From the NCBI RefSeq assembly GCF_009914755.1, contig NC_060932.1: 64,000 nt of DNA, one strand, 5' to 3'. The translations under genes were made by a program, and so were the position numbers. Source of the DNA: the human T2T-CHM13v2.0 reference genome, Homo sapiens. The notes under the pieces were generated by a model. That model was given only the letters and a program-made list of their open reading frames with translations. It was not told the origin of the DNA and did not search any database. Below, piece after piece: positions 46,479 to 61,501 of the stretch (within the stretch, counting starts at the first letter, position 1; every line of letters begins with the position of its first letter).

Positions 46479-46881
46479 CTAAGCTCTGGGTGTGGGATGC
46501 AGAGGCCTTGGGAACAGAGCAAAGACTGAGGAAGGGTCTGACTTAGGGTGTTGGGTGGTGCAAGCATGTGGAGGGGTGGCTGGAGGGAGAAGGTGACTCA
46601 ATACATTGAGAGTCATCAGAACAGACTGGTGTGGTATGAACCCTGAAGTAGGGACCAAGGCTGGAATCACACACCTAGAGACACAGTGGATGAAAGGCCT
46701 CAGAGAAAACCATGAGGACAGGATGCAATATGTTGACCTGGTGGTAGGCTTCCTATGAATCTCAAAGCCAATGAGGCCAGGAAAAAAGACAGGAGAGAAA
46801 CCCTGAGAAGGGACTGTAACTGGAGTTAACTTGAGAGCGATGGGGTTAAACAGAAGCAATCACATTGGCAGGCAAGATTAA

Positions 46882-47227
<346 letters not shown>

Positions 47228-47312
47228 TAAGTTAACTTCTGTAATACAAAAACATTGTTTTAGTTCTTTATATTTGAGTTATGACTTTCATTAATAACCT
47301 TGTTCTACTTGA

Positions 47313-47647
<335 letters not shown>

Positions 47648-47787
47648 AGGCAATACTATTATTTCATTTTTACAGATGAGAAAACTAAGGCTTAGATTGA
47701 TGAATTGACTCAAAGTTATATAGCTAGTAAGTGATGCACCCAGGTTTTGTGTTCAGATCCCCAGAGTCCAAAGTTATTTTGCCCACT

Positions 47788-50150
47788 GGATCAGTCAGGG
47801 GACTGTTAGGAAGTAGAAACCACACCATTACTTTAGGAGAGAGAATCTATGTAACAACTGTTAACTAATACGAACAACTGGTGAGGTGGACACTAATTTT
47901 TCATAGTGGCAACAACTTCAGAAAGCAGCTACTACCTTTTGGGCTGAGGAGAACAAAGGGAAGTGGTTTGAATCAACAGAACTTAGATAGTTGGAGAAGG
48001 GCCTCTGCAGAGTTAGGCCTCCGTCTGAGGGCACGTGAACAGGCTGGGCCTGTAAGTCCACTAATGCTGTTGAAACAAACTACCACAGCCAGTGTGAGGG
48101 AACATTACTGGCTGCCAGGAAGAGGAGGCAGAGGCAGGATAGGCAAGAAACAGGAAGTGGTGTCTCCGTTCTTCTTCCTTCAACCTCCCGGTGGGTCACC
48201 CTCTTGCATGCTTAGGTTGCTGAAAACTGACGTGGAGCCAGTGGCCAGAATATAAATGTGCTCTGCAGGATCCTAGCACAGTTAGAAGGATGGGTTCAAG
48301 GCTGACAGTACATTGGTAATTGACATAGTCAATGCACACTCCTTTCCACACATTTTTGGATTTTCATACAATATCCAAAACAATTCCCTACATCTTCCTA
48401 ATTAGCTGCAATTATCCTTAGTACAACGACTTTCCCAATCTCTCCTCCAAACAAGGACACACAAAGTCCCAATAGTTATAGTCTGTATTTCTAGACACTG
48501 TTAATCCTATTCAAATTCAGTCCCAAACCTATGTGAATATTCTGTTACCTAAGCAGAAAACTATCATGCTAACTATCACCACAGATTTTGAATAAAAAAT
48601 AAAGGGAAGGAGAAGAGAAAATGAGTTAATGCTGCTCTAGTCCTCTGACTTTCTTTTTCTACTACTTACTGTATGTTTCCTTTGCCCTCTTACAGGAAAT
48701 GAACTGATTGTGATATTTTACCTGACAGAACGACCCAAACCTTCTTTGCCAAAGTTTTTGAATTATCAGTGGTTCTGCATTTTTGTAGTAGTTGTTTTTG
48801 TTGCTACAATTTTCCTGGAAATTTTTAAACTGCGCATGGATATACTAAGAAGCACTCATAAAAGCCCCTTGTCTTTCAGACATTAATCCATTTTGCCCCT
48901 ATGGTGTAGGAGAAACCCAATTTCTTCTTGATAATCAGGATCGAATAACCAGAGAAGTAGCCTCCTTCTTTGCCTATTGCTTCAGTAGCATGAGGATTCC
49001 AAAAGGCCAAATGGTGTTCTCTACTTCCAGTTCAATGGGGCTATCAAAAGGCCCCTGGTGAAAGAATTTCTGACATGTGAACCAAAACCTCTAGACTAGC
49101 AGAACTCAAAGTTTCAGTAATGGGAAGTGAAATTTTGTGAGAGGGTTATTAGGTGTTGTCATTGGTTTTCTTATCCTGATAGAGAATGTTTCAAAGGCTT
49201 CCACTAGGCCTTTCCTATCATAATGGACCTTGCTCCAAGGGTCAGAAGGTCAATGTGGGTATTCTGCCGGTTGTTGAGTGTGTTTATTCCAATGACAGAT
49301 TTAGCAAAAGCAGGAAAATAAACTTTTAGGGCTTCTGTAGAAGCTTTTTTTGTTCTGTGATTTTGAGGGTTTAAACACCTGAGTTGTGCGTCTTTTCTTT
49401 TCCATATTTTTATCTTTGAGAGGGGGTCTTGCTATATTGCCCAGGCTAGTCTCAAACTCCTGGGCTCAAGTGATCCACCCACCATAGCCTCTGGAGCAGT
49501 TGGGACTCCAGGTGTGCAGCCATGTCCTGCCCAGTCATTTTCTTTCTGTGAGCAATCCAGGGCACTTAGAGGAAGATATTCCAAATCATGGTCTTTGTAG
49601 AATTCATTCCTGCAAAATGCCAATGGCAGCAGCCACTTGATCCTGTGGTCATTAATTACTCTCAAGCACAGGTAACTAGTTATGCCTAATCAGGATGCTC
49701 CTATGGGCCTGGGAGGACTAGCTCCTCCTCCCAGCAGGGAGGTCAGCACCATGCTTGGGCCCTAGTCACAATCCAAACCATGCCTTTTTGGGGTATACTT
49801 ACTGGGACCACTTACAGCACAAATTTCTATATTTTCTTTAGAGTCAAATCAAGAGACAGAACCACACAAGTTATTTTAGCAGATAATTTAATACAAAGAA
49901 TTGCTAACCAAGTATTGAAGGACAGACAACTCAAAAACCCAGACATCACCGAGGTAGCAACCTCAGGAAGCAGATACTATCCCTAGGGCTGGTGGAACAA
50001 GAAGTTGGAATATTTGAAATTTAGAAGCTTGGAGACCCACGGACCCCAGAGACACAGATCTCTGGGACTAGGATGCCCTTTGGCTGATGCTGATGTAGAC
50101 ACTGTGGGGCTGGGACCTTGGCTTCTAAGGAGGGACTGCCTGGTGGCTGA
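47788..50150 (-). mobile_element. Ancient ERVL/MaLR-type provirus remnant (LTR-internal-LTR) with a dUTPase-like segment
   Basis: Minus strand near 48895-48942 reads DPDYQEEIGFLLHHRG, preceded by PLNWK; similar LTR-like starts (agaa(a)ccacac...) near 47815 and 49858. Confidence 0.65.
49410..49533 (-). mobile_element. FLAM/Alu monomer
   Basis: ggggtcttgctatattgcccaggct...ctcctgggctcaagtgatcc. Confidence 0.85.
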
Positions 50151-50199
50151 TGTTGTTGTATTTTATATATGTGTATATAAAATATGTGTATGTGTATAT

Positions 50200-50700
50200 A
50201 TATTTATACAATAGATACTTTTTTGGAATCATTTCAAAATAAATATCAGACATCATGATATTTATGCCTAAATACATCTCTCCTATTCTCCTTTTACATT
50301 ATTATTCCCATCTACCCCAAATTTTGTATTTATTCAATAATATTTAATATCCAGTCCATATTCAAAGTTATCCAATGGTTCATGAAAATCCTTCAAAGTT
50401 CTTTTTGTTTTTTAAAATTCAGGACTCAATAAAGTTTCCCTTCTTATAATTGGTTGCCCTGTCTCCTCTAGACCAGCTTTTCTTTTCCCTTTCTTTTTTT
50501 TCCTTTCTTTCTTTCCCTCCATCCCTCCCTCTCTTCCTCCCATCTTCCCTTTGTTTTTTATGACATAGACTTTTTGAAAGGTCCAGACCACGGTTTTCAT
50601 TGAATGTCCCAGTTTCTGGATTTGTCTGATAGTTTTCTCACGATTAACTTTGGATTAAATATGTAGGGGAAGAATACAAAATCAATAATGTTGTATACAT
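50200..50700 (-). mobile_element. L1MC4/5-like 3' fragment
   Basis: atgacatagactttttgaa...gaatgtccc...tggatttgtctgat. Confidence 0.6.
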
Positions 50701-50904
50701 TCAATGGTAGCAATGACTCCCAGTATATCAAAACTATCTACCTGAAGTGGTACATACTAAATGACACTGTCGCTTTCCAAAATATAATATAATAATTATA
50801 GGCATTGGTCAGGTACTAAACTGGGTGCTGCACATATACTATTTGCATTCTCAAAACAATTCAGTAGGCATTATTTATACAATTTTACATATAAATACAG
50901 TGTT

Positions 50905-51380
50905 AGAGATGATTGCTGCCCAACATCCATTTTCTTCTTCTTTAGCAGCATAATTCTGATTATATTTGTAACTGACAATGTACCTAGTTAAAAGCCTAAA
51001 TCTCTACCCTCTCTTATTTAGCTAGGTGAGGTCATGTGACCACATTCTGTTCACTGAGATGTAAGTGAATGTATTGTTTGAGATTTCTGGGAGTCTATTG
51101 AAGGAACTTAACTGGGCTTCTGACTGTCTCCTTTTTATTCTTCCTGCCTTCTGGACTATGAAAGTGGTAGCTCGAGCTCCAGGTGCCATACTGGACCATG
51201 AAGTAATTTTAAAGATGGAAGTCACTGAACTCAGGATTTAAGGGTGAAAGGGCAGAAAGATGGAAAGTCTCAGGAGGGCAGATAACTGTGGAGCTTATAT
51301 GTAATAGAAATACATGTCTATGTTATTTGTCACTGCCATTTTGGATTTTCCTTTATATAACCAAACATAATCCTGATACA
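50905..51380. mobile_element. Old MaLR LTR (MLT1J/K-like)
   Basis: gctaggtgaggtcatgtgac...ctgagatgtaagtgaa...gccatactggaccatga. Confidence 0.65.
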
Positions 51381-52834
51381 GAATTCCAGAAAAATTAAAT
51401 ACATTGCCTTAGGTAATGCAGTTTGTGAGCAGCAGATCCAGGATTCAAGCCTAAGATACAGTCTTCCTGTGCATCTCATAAAAATAATGCAGCAATGAAT
51501 AATAACACATAATATATTCATACCAATTCATACCACTTCATTGATTCAGCACACTCTAACAACTCCACTGGCAAAGTTTATGGTACCTAAATAAACTAGC
51601 AAAAAACTATGTTACTTTATGTGAGCATCAAGGCAGGACAAGACAATTTTTTCAAAGTTCAAACAATCCATCATCCAGATCACAGATTGATTAAAATCTG
51701 TTTTAATCTCAGCAGTGAGCTTTATCGGCAGCAAGCTTCCTATAGTTGCAGTTTCTGAAAGAATACAGCTGTAGAAATCTCTAGAAATGGGGAGCTTTTT
51801 CAGGCTACTGCTGATCCAGTCCCAAACTGTTGGGGAAGCTCTGTGCCCACGTGGCTGAGGCCACGCTCGCTCTGCTGGCCTGGGTGCTGCTCTCTTCTGG
51901 GAGAAGCTGCTGTTGAAGTGCACGGTGGCTTCATGGCACATGCTGAGAAAGTAACCCTAAAGGAGCTAAAGAAAACTGGCGTCTTTTCTCTGAATTCATG
52001 ATCCCCATGTTCTTTAGAGTTTAAAGCAGAATAAATTTTTACTGATTCACTAGCCTTGATTTTATATTTTAAACAATAAAGTCTAAATAAATAATGTGGA
52101 AGGACCACTTGTTAGAAAACATAAATCTCACCCAAAATGATAAAAGAAGTTTGGTTTCAACCTCTCTGAGACCATTGTCATCTTTTTCATTTACACATTC
52201 ACTTTAAGCCATCTTAGGTATTTGATGATGTTTTAATAATTAATACAGTAAATTAGTCTAATTAAAATAATTATAACCTAACAAATTAAACTTTGTATTT
52301 TGTTTAACACTTAAACATATATTGGTGAGTTAGATAATGATTAACAATTACACCACTAGGGCCCTGATTTAATTAGTATTCTCTTGACAGGTACAGTTGC
52401 TAGGTGATAAAAATTAGACATTTTGTCATTTCATTATAAATTGTCATTATAAATCACTTAATGATTTCAAAGAAAAAGACACTTCCCTTGGTCCCATATG
52501 ATATTATGAAGTCCCTAAAAGAAGATTTGCTGTTCAGAAAAGACAAACTGAGTGAGAGATTTTGTATGCTAACCATTCAGTTCTTATTGACTACTTTAAC
52601 ATAGTAATAAGGTATAATAACTTTGAGACTAACTGTAGAGGCATTTCAAGGTGAAGCATGTGGAAATGAGGGGAAAAGCCATAGGAGGCTGGGAAGCCAC
52701 AAGGGGACTGATGCAGCCGGAAGGCTGTGCATGTAAAGTGTTCCTAATGATGTCATCATGGAGTCACCATCCAGCCCTGGAGGGTTGATGATCTCCCTGA
52801 GGTTTGTCCAGGCAGCATGATTGTCCCTGGGCTT

Positions 52835-54253
52835 TGGTAACCATATGGTAGACCACCTAACCTGGGACACTTTTGAGAATGAAAAGGGGCCCCTAAATTC
52901 TAAAAATTTTATAATTTTTGAAATACCAATTGATTAACCAACAAATTGGTATTATTATAGGGACGGGCTCATAACATTACTTTACATTAACAACTATTAC
53001 ATTAACAACTATCTTCAAATATGAATTCTAAAAATAGTACATATGTATGTATGTTAAAATATTTAAAACTACCTTATATTGATGATATCATTAAAATAAT
53101 ACAAGCAGAATCATTATTCTTGGTATATATTCAAATGTTTAAATTAATGTTTTAGACATTTAAAAAACACTATGGCACTGGTATTTTTCTGAAACTTTTT
53201 TTTTCACTCTGTGGCCCAAGCTGGAGCGCAGTGGTGTGATCTCAGCTCACTGCAACCTCTCTACCTCCCCGGTTCAAGCGATTCTCCTGTCTCAGCCTTC
53301 CGAGTAGCTGGGATTACAAGTACGTGCCACTATGCCAGCTAATTTTTGTATTTTTAGTAGAGACAGGGTTTCACCATGTTGACCAGGCTGGTCTTGAACT
53401 TCTGACCTCAAGTGATCTGCCAAGCTCGGCCTCCCAAAGTGCTGGGATTACAGGTGTGAGCCATCAGGCCTGGGTGAAATTATTTTTTAATGTAGCTTTT
53501 ATTTTAAGTTTTTAAAAATAAAATTGCCTGCAGTCTTTTTCAAAGTTGCATTTAGAGCTAATAAACTTGAAATTACTGGTACTTTCCCCTGACTTCAGTC
53601 TATGGACCATAATAACTTTTAGTTGAGAAAATTCTCTACAGATTTTGAAGCACTTAGCCTAGGGTAAATTCTGACAAGTAGAAGATAATGTGTTTGGGGA
53701 TGATAATACAAAACATTTTTGTCGGAGGCATGGTAAAAACAGGAATCTTACTAAGTCGAGAAAGCTGTGACATAGAAAAGACTTGGATTTGGCTGTGGTG
53801 CAGACATAATTCACAGTTGTGTCCACACCAGCTGCAGTGCTGTTTCAATCTACAGAAAAGCTGCAGCTGTCAGAATGCACACTTATTTGTAAATACAGCA
53901 GTTTCTGAGCGCAATTTTCTTTAATTTGCAAGTGCCTGCAGGTGTCTGTAAAAGGGAGGTGTGAGTACTACCGCTTCTGGCCAGGGTCAGGGAGAGGCAG
54001 GTGCTGGCAGAACCAAGCATACCTCAGTTAGCCTCTGTTGTCACACGTGTCTCACACACTAGTAGCTGACTGAGCAGGAAGTATGGAGTGCAGGTCCACA
54101 AACCCATTCCAACTTCTTTTAATGCACCTATTAGTACTGCTTTAATTTTTTTTTTTTTTTAAACCCAGTAAAAGTGTGAAACTGGGTGATTTCTTAAGGG
54201 CACTGGGCATCATTCTAGACTGTTCTGGCTGCCGCAGGACAGATGGCCATCCC
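52835..54253 (-). mobile_element. hAT-Blackjack-like DNA transposon fossil with a transposase C-terminal remnant
   Basis: Ends ggtaaccatat..ctgggacac and ggacagatggccatccct; minus strand near 53520-53650 gives frameshifted SVE..FSQLK.LWS...CNFEKDCRQFY (hAT dimerisation domain-like). Confidence 0.65.
53195..53474 (-). mobile_element. AluS
   Basis: Antisense Alu. Confidence 0.93.
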
Positions 54254-54269
54254 TCTCGTGCTCTAGATC

Positions 54270-54572
54270 AGTGCTCTTAAGTAGAAAGAAAATGTGAGCT
54301 GGATATGTGGTATTATTACATTTTCAGGTAACCACATTAACAAGTAAAATAAACCGGTAGAATTAATTTCAGTATTTTCCCAATATATCCAAAATGTTAT
54401 TTCTAATGTAATCAACATAAAAATAGTTAATGAGATATTTCACATTCTTCCTTTTTGTGCCAAGTTCTTCAAATCTTTTGTGAATTTTACAGTTATAGAT
54501 CCTCTGTTTGGAGAGCCACATTTCAAGCCTCAATGACCACCTGCGGTCAGTAGCCACTGCACGGGGCAGCGA
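54270..54572. mobile_element. MER33/MER3-like MITE
   Basis: cccaatatatccaaaatgttattt...aatgagatattt...agccacatttcaag. Confidence 0.8.
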
Positions 54573-54671
54573 AGTTACAGATGAGAAACGTGTATCGTGC
54601 ATGTTCACCACAGCACCTGAAATTGTACAGCTCGTAAGAAGCAGAGTCGTTTTTGAGCCCAGGTCTGATGA

Positions 54672-55292
<621 letters not shown>

Positions 55293-56256
55293 GCATGTGG
55301 CACAGGCTGAACTGCTCCATCTGTTTCCGGACCGCGCTCTGCTTTTAGGGCTGTTCATCTCAGACGCCCTGCTTCCCGGGTAGGTCTGACCTGCTGGCAC
55401 ATTTTCACTATTTATATTTCCCTTCTCTGAACTCCTTTTAGACTTTCATTATTACACCCAACCTACGAGACAGATTCTGTCACGATTTCCATGACTTTTG
55501 TGAGGTCAAGGGGCAATAGTACAAATTAGAAGGTATAAGTCAAGCTAAAAACTGTTTTAAAATGCCTGTTCTAGCCTCATACCTTTCCAAATAGTGAGGG
55601 AGTCCAGGCATGACGTTCCAGCTCTGGGCCTTTCTGAGTGCCCCTCTAGGATGCGGTGGTGGACCGGGTGGTCTCGCTTTCCGCTAGCCGCGGCTCCCTC
55701 CCGCACCATTGCAGCCTGTGACTCTCAAAAGCTACCGCTGGGCCAGTCCTCCTCGGACTAAGGATACAAATGGGGGCCAAGCCCAGCCTCTGGGGCATAG
55801 GCCCAGGAAGAGGAGCAAAGGGCCCTGGGGATGCGCATGGGCAGCTTGGGAAAGGAATTGTGAGTCCCTCGTAGCTGGAGGGTGTGGAGGGGACACCCTA
55901 GGACGACTTAAGGGGCAAGGGCCATGGCCTGGACCCATCTTTCCTGCATGTAAGGAAAGCGCTGAGCTTCATTTTAGTTTTCTTTACAAGTAAACTGACA
56001 GGGACTTAGCTCTCCTTTAGCCATTCGCTTATTATTCCAGCAATTCCCCAGACTGACTTGAGTTCTATTCACCATAATTGGTTCAATTCCATCGTTGTAG
56101 CAACATTCTGTTCTCTTTTCTAGCAAGTATAAACCCTGCAATTGCACAGCCCCAGGCACTGCCTATCTGCTTATGGTAAGGAAGGAGATTTCCCCTCTGC
56201 AGGGGAGCAGCACCTGCTCTTCCCCGCTCGGGGCTCAGCCACATCCTGTTCCAGCC

Positions 56257-56302
56257 CTGCCCTCCAGCGGCGCTCAGATGCAGCTGCCCTGCCCTCTGCT
56301 GG
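56257..56302 (-). promoter_or_regulatory. Two tandem CTCF-like motifs in a GC/CpG-richer patch
   Basis: Minus strand CCAGCAGAGGGCAG (56289-56302) and CCGCTGGAGGGCAG (56257-56270). Confidence 0.55.
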
Positions 56303-56404
56303 ACGCCTGGGCACGGGCGCACGCACTTCTCCCTTCTCCAACTGACTGAAATCCAGGCCCTCCTGCAGTGTACTTTTACTCACTTGTTAGGAAGGAAAAG
56401 TGGG

Positions 56405-56735
56405 TTTACTATGGTCTGAATATTTGTGTTCTCTAAAAATTCATATGTTGAAACCTAATCCCTGCTGTGAGGGTATTGGGAGTTGGGGCCCTTGGAGGTG
56501 ATTGGGTCATGAGGGTGGAGCCCTCATGAATGGGGTTGGTACCCTTGTGAAAGAGACCCCAAAGAGCTGCCTCCCCACTCCACCATGTAAGGACACAGCA
56601 AAAAGTCAGCCCCCTATGAACCAGGAAACAGGCCCTCACCAGACCTGGCATCTCCTGGTGCCTTGATCTTGGACTTCCAGCCTCCAGGAGTGTGAGAAAT
56701 AAGTTTATGTTACAGCAGCGGAAACTGACTAACAC
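56405..56735 (+). mobile_element. MLT1A-like LTR
   Basis: tactatggtctgaa...aaaattcatatgttgaaacctaatcc...gactaacaca. Confidence 0.88.
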
Positions 56736-58589
56736 AAGATTGAATTACTTTAGATTTAGATGACTGAGATTGTATTCTCCTTTCCATTGTGTTATCTTTT
56801 AGTTTGTGAAAAACTAGGATTGTTTTCATTATGTATTAAAGCAAAGTTGTCAAAAGTACTTACATATTTTACTTAAATAGTACCTTGTGCAAGGAGAAGT
56901 GAATACTTTTAGATGTTTCTAACTTAGTAAAAAAAAAAAGACCTGTTCATAAATAATAGCCTACTTAATTGTAATAAAATCTATGAGGTCTTAGTAGTTC
57001 ACTATGATGTGACAGTTGACTAAAATCAATCTCCTATGAGAAAAATTGTCTAGAACTTTAAGGAAACAAACAGTTTTCTACAATCAATATGCTTAAAATA
57101 TAGTTTCAAAATCTTAAGGTTACAAATCCTTGGAATTACTAAGGTGAACCTTCCATTTGTATAGAAAAGTGTCTTTTGTTGTTGTTAAGAAACCGACAGA
57201 AGGAAAGAGATACACAAACATAGAGTGACTAGAGATGTAATTTTCCTCATATTTTTCTTGGAAGGATCATAGCTCACTGCAGCCTCAAATTCCTGGCAGC
57301 CTCAAATGGTCAGTCCTGGATTATAGGCTCCGGCTGCTGGCCCAGCTCTTGTCTTTCTTTCTAAACACAAAGTAATGGATAAGCTGCTATTTCGTATTGT
57401 TAAAACGAATTTGTCAAGGTTTTCTTAGTGAAAAACTTAGGATTCTTAGTTTCAACTATGATCTAAATCAAGTTTGAGTCAAAGAATCTGGGGCCCATAG
57501 TCTTACAGATTCTTAACCATTGCCATGTATTTATTTAAAATAACTTTTTTTTTCTGCCATTTCTGTGACTTCCGTGATTTCTGCCATATATATGTATACT
57601 TTTCTCTTTCATATCTTTCATTTTTTATACTGTTTGCCTGAAATTACTTAACATTTTCTTTAACTGGGCTGACCCCAACATCTAGCAAGGGAGTGGAGCT
57701 TGGTGGTGTGAGAGATTAGCAGCCTAGCAGCCTTTCTAATTTGGCCTCTGGCTGAGGTAGGATTCAAGAGCTTGGTTTTGTTTTCCTGAGTTTATTTTTT
57801 CTTTCTACTTTCTGTTTATGACAAGTAGTACTGTCATGCCACTTATGGTGGTAGTAAGAATGTAAGTTTTCCTTTTACAACGAGTCACTGAAAAGAAAAA
57901 AAATGATACTAATATTTACTGTACATATAAAAACAGTAAAAATGCGAGGTTATCATTCGAGTTTAGGAAACAGCCCTAATTCAGCCTTTATCAATTCTCC
58001 TAGACTGTTGTAAGAGCTTCCAAGGTGTTCTCCCTGCCTTTGTTTGCCTGCACACTGTACAGATATTTCCTCACACAAAAACATGAATCTGCTGAAGTTA
58101 CTTCCTTGTCCCTTGATCACTGAGTGCCTGCAGAATGCCTTTTGCCACTGGCTGTAAAAAAATGGAAAGTCTTTGGTGTGGTATGAATAGAAGGGTGCTC
58201 AAAATCTGAGCTCTTGCCATCACTTTCTCCTATGAACTCTGTGCTTAGAGTAACTCTGAGGTAACATACGTATACTTCCCTAAAATGGATTTGTATAAAT
58301 ACATAATAATCTCGTATTGCTAGACAACCTAATTTGGTTTGCCTGCTATCTTTTAACCTTTCCCATTTAACAAACATTCATTCATAAATCCTTTAGTTTT
58401 CCCAAACTTCATTTTTACCCAGTCTATAAATGGAATAAACTACGTAACATCAAGAACATCTTGTTGGGCGTTGCTGCTGCGAAAGTGTATGTGCTATTAG
58501 CAGCATTTGAATACCAATGATATGCTGGATCCTATTCATAATGAGATACCCTTATAGCATTTTTTAATCCAGTCTTTTGATGGATATTA

Positions 58590-58890
58590 CAGGCTAGTAA
58601 CTGTGCCAGTGCTCAGATTACAATGGTGAACATTTCTGACATGGCTCCTGATCTCTTGGAGCACACACCCTGGGGGTGATACAGGTAAATAGGCGACTAC
58701 AATCCAGGTGTGTTAGGGAAAGCCCAGAGTAATTTAAAGGAGTTTTTGACTGATACTTGGGAATCAAAAGAAGTGCATCTCAGCTGAGACCTGAATGATG
58801 AGTTAGCAATTAGCCAGGTGAAGACAGAGAAGAGGGTCTTAGCAGAGGGAATAGCATATGTACAAGCCTGGAGATGAGAGCACATAGCAT
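58590..58890 (-). mobile_element. L2 fragment
   Basis: tgtgccagtgct...catggctcctgatctc...agctgagacctgaatgatgag...gcagagggaatagcat. Confidence 0.65.
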
Positions 58891-59394
58891 ATCAGTACCT
58901 GTGAAGCATCATAAACTATGCTTAGGTCAAGCCAAGCCACCTGAAACTCTTGAACATGGCATGCTTCTGTTAACAGTGACGCCTTCGTTTCTGTGAATGT
59001 GGCACATGGAAAAAGGATGTGTCACAATCCATGAAGCTAAACGTCAAAGAGAAAAGACTTTCATTGTCATCAACACTGGGCTATGTTCCTTTCCTAGGGC
59101 AAGGACTTGGTAGACACTTCTTTCCAGCAGAGACTGCTCGACAGGGATTTGGGAGGTACCAGTATTTTGAGACATGAACAACAGTTGACCTTGCGAGGTT
59201 TGAAATAAACATTTGATGGGAAGGTAAAAGCAGATGAAGATGTCATTTCAGAGCCTCCTCTTGTGTACTCTTTTGACAGGAATTAGGCTGTTATTCACCT
59301 TTGGGGTGAAGCGAAGTCTCTTCTGGAAATCCATTGGCATGGGTTTTGTAGTTACACCTGTAGTGTGTGGAAGTTTACAGGACGTACTCGAGGG

Positions 59395-59605
59395 CCCAGT
59401 GTGAAGCCTCTCTCTGTCACTCAGCAAGTGTGTGATTTGGGGCTGGTTACTTCATCACTCTGTGCCTCATTTCCCTACCCGGAAGATTGGTGCTAACATT
59501 AGTACCAACCTCAACATGCTTTTGTGAGATTAAAATTAAATAACTACAGCACTTAGCACAGTGCAAGGCATGTGGTGGGCACCATGTAAGTATCTGCTAT
59601 GCTGT
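59395..59605 (+). mobile_element. MIR
   Basis: tgtgtgatttgggg..gttactt...ctctgtgcctca...tgtgagattaaa...cacttagcacagtgc. Confidence 0.75.
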
Positions 59606-61071
59606 TATTTGCTGTCAGAATGCAAAGGCACAGGTTCACTGTTTGGGCTAGAGGCCACTATGCATCTAAACCTTCACTTACTTACCCTCTTCCTTCTTCC
59701 TTCCTGAAGTGGTTTGAAGCAAACCCAAGACATACCATTTCATCCACAAGTATTTCAGTATGATTGAAATCTAATTTAACAGTTGCATCATACTTTACCA
59801 AGTGGACCTTTTAAACGTGTATTTAAACATTCCTTTGTAGCCTGCCAGATTTTTAGGTGGCAGATTTTAGACTTTTTACTATTGAGCATAAATTGTTTTC
59901 TGTATACATAGTATATGTTTCTGTATATATATTTATATAACATATATATATTTCTATATGTTTAGAATTTTTTCCCTAAATTAATAAGACCAAAGGGTAT
60001 GAACTTTTTAAAGATATTTACCTGATACATATTCCTGATTTTTAACATTTAGGATAAACATTTAGTGTTAATGAATACTCTATTCCAACAAGCAACATGA
60101 GACCAGGGATTTAGTCTATTGTGTTCAATGCTTTATCTCCAATAGTTCCACCAATGTCTAATACATAATAATGCTAAATAAATGTAAATGAATGAATGGT
60201 ACTCCTTTTATATTGTTCCTGCTAATATTCATTCATTTGCTGGACAAATATTTGTTGAGGACACTCTCCATTCCAGACTTCATGGCAGGTACTGGATACA
60301 CAGGGGGAAATGGTATTGCTGCCATTCCTACCTTCATGGAGCCAGTCGTCTCCTTTAGGGTTCTCGGCCGAGCTCCTGAGAGGGAGGTGCAGAGCTGGTG
60401 CTGGCCGGCAGATTCTTGGCCTGCAATGAGATCAGAATGGAAATCAGAGTGAGCATTCAGAAACACGTGCAGCGACGACATAACAGAGTAGTTTTACATT
60501 TTATGCATCTCATAATAACAAAAATTTATTTGTATTTTGTATGTTTAAAACAATCACTTTCCTAGTAATTTATTTTTATTGTATTCTTACAAAAGTATCT
60601 GTCCAGGAGAAAAATTAGCCCTTCACTAAAGATATAATGAAAAGCAATATTCTGCTTGATTTGGGTGCATGAGGAAAATACTAGAACTTTTTTGCATGTA
60701 TTCATGTATTAGAAAGGCAAATGAACTTGAAGAGTGTTCAGTTTGGGTTGACTCTGTGTCAAAATGAGGCCTGTGTGGCCACTTTTCAAGAACAGTTGCC
60801 AGGCCTTCCCAGAGAACAGTGTGAATCCACTATACCTGGGATCAAGAGCATCACCTTCTCTCTGTTTGCTTTCCACATATTGTAATAGTTTATTACAATA
60901 GTTTGGCTGAGCCTAGTTAAATGTATTTGCAGATTACATTATCTGATACTAATTAAACCAACAGTACAAAATGAACAGGAGACTAAACAGATTCATGTGA
61001 GGAAATCATGAAGATAATGGCAACAATAAAAACACAAGCTAAAAATAAGAAATGGTAGAGTTCTCACTCTA

Positions 61072-61501
<430 letters not shown>

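Noticed and set aside
50161-50210. AT-rich inverted repeats
   Set aside because: Low-complexity (TA/TG)n sequence is self-complementary by composition.
51682-51708. Interleaved 7-8 bp inverted repeats
   Set aside because: Too short and AT-rich to exceed chance.
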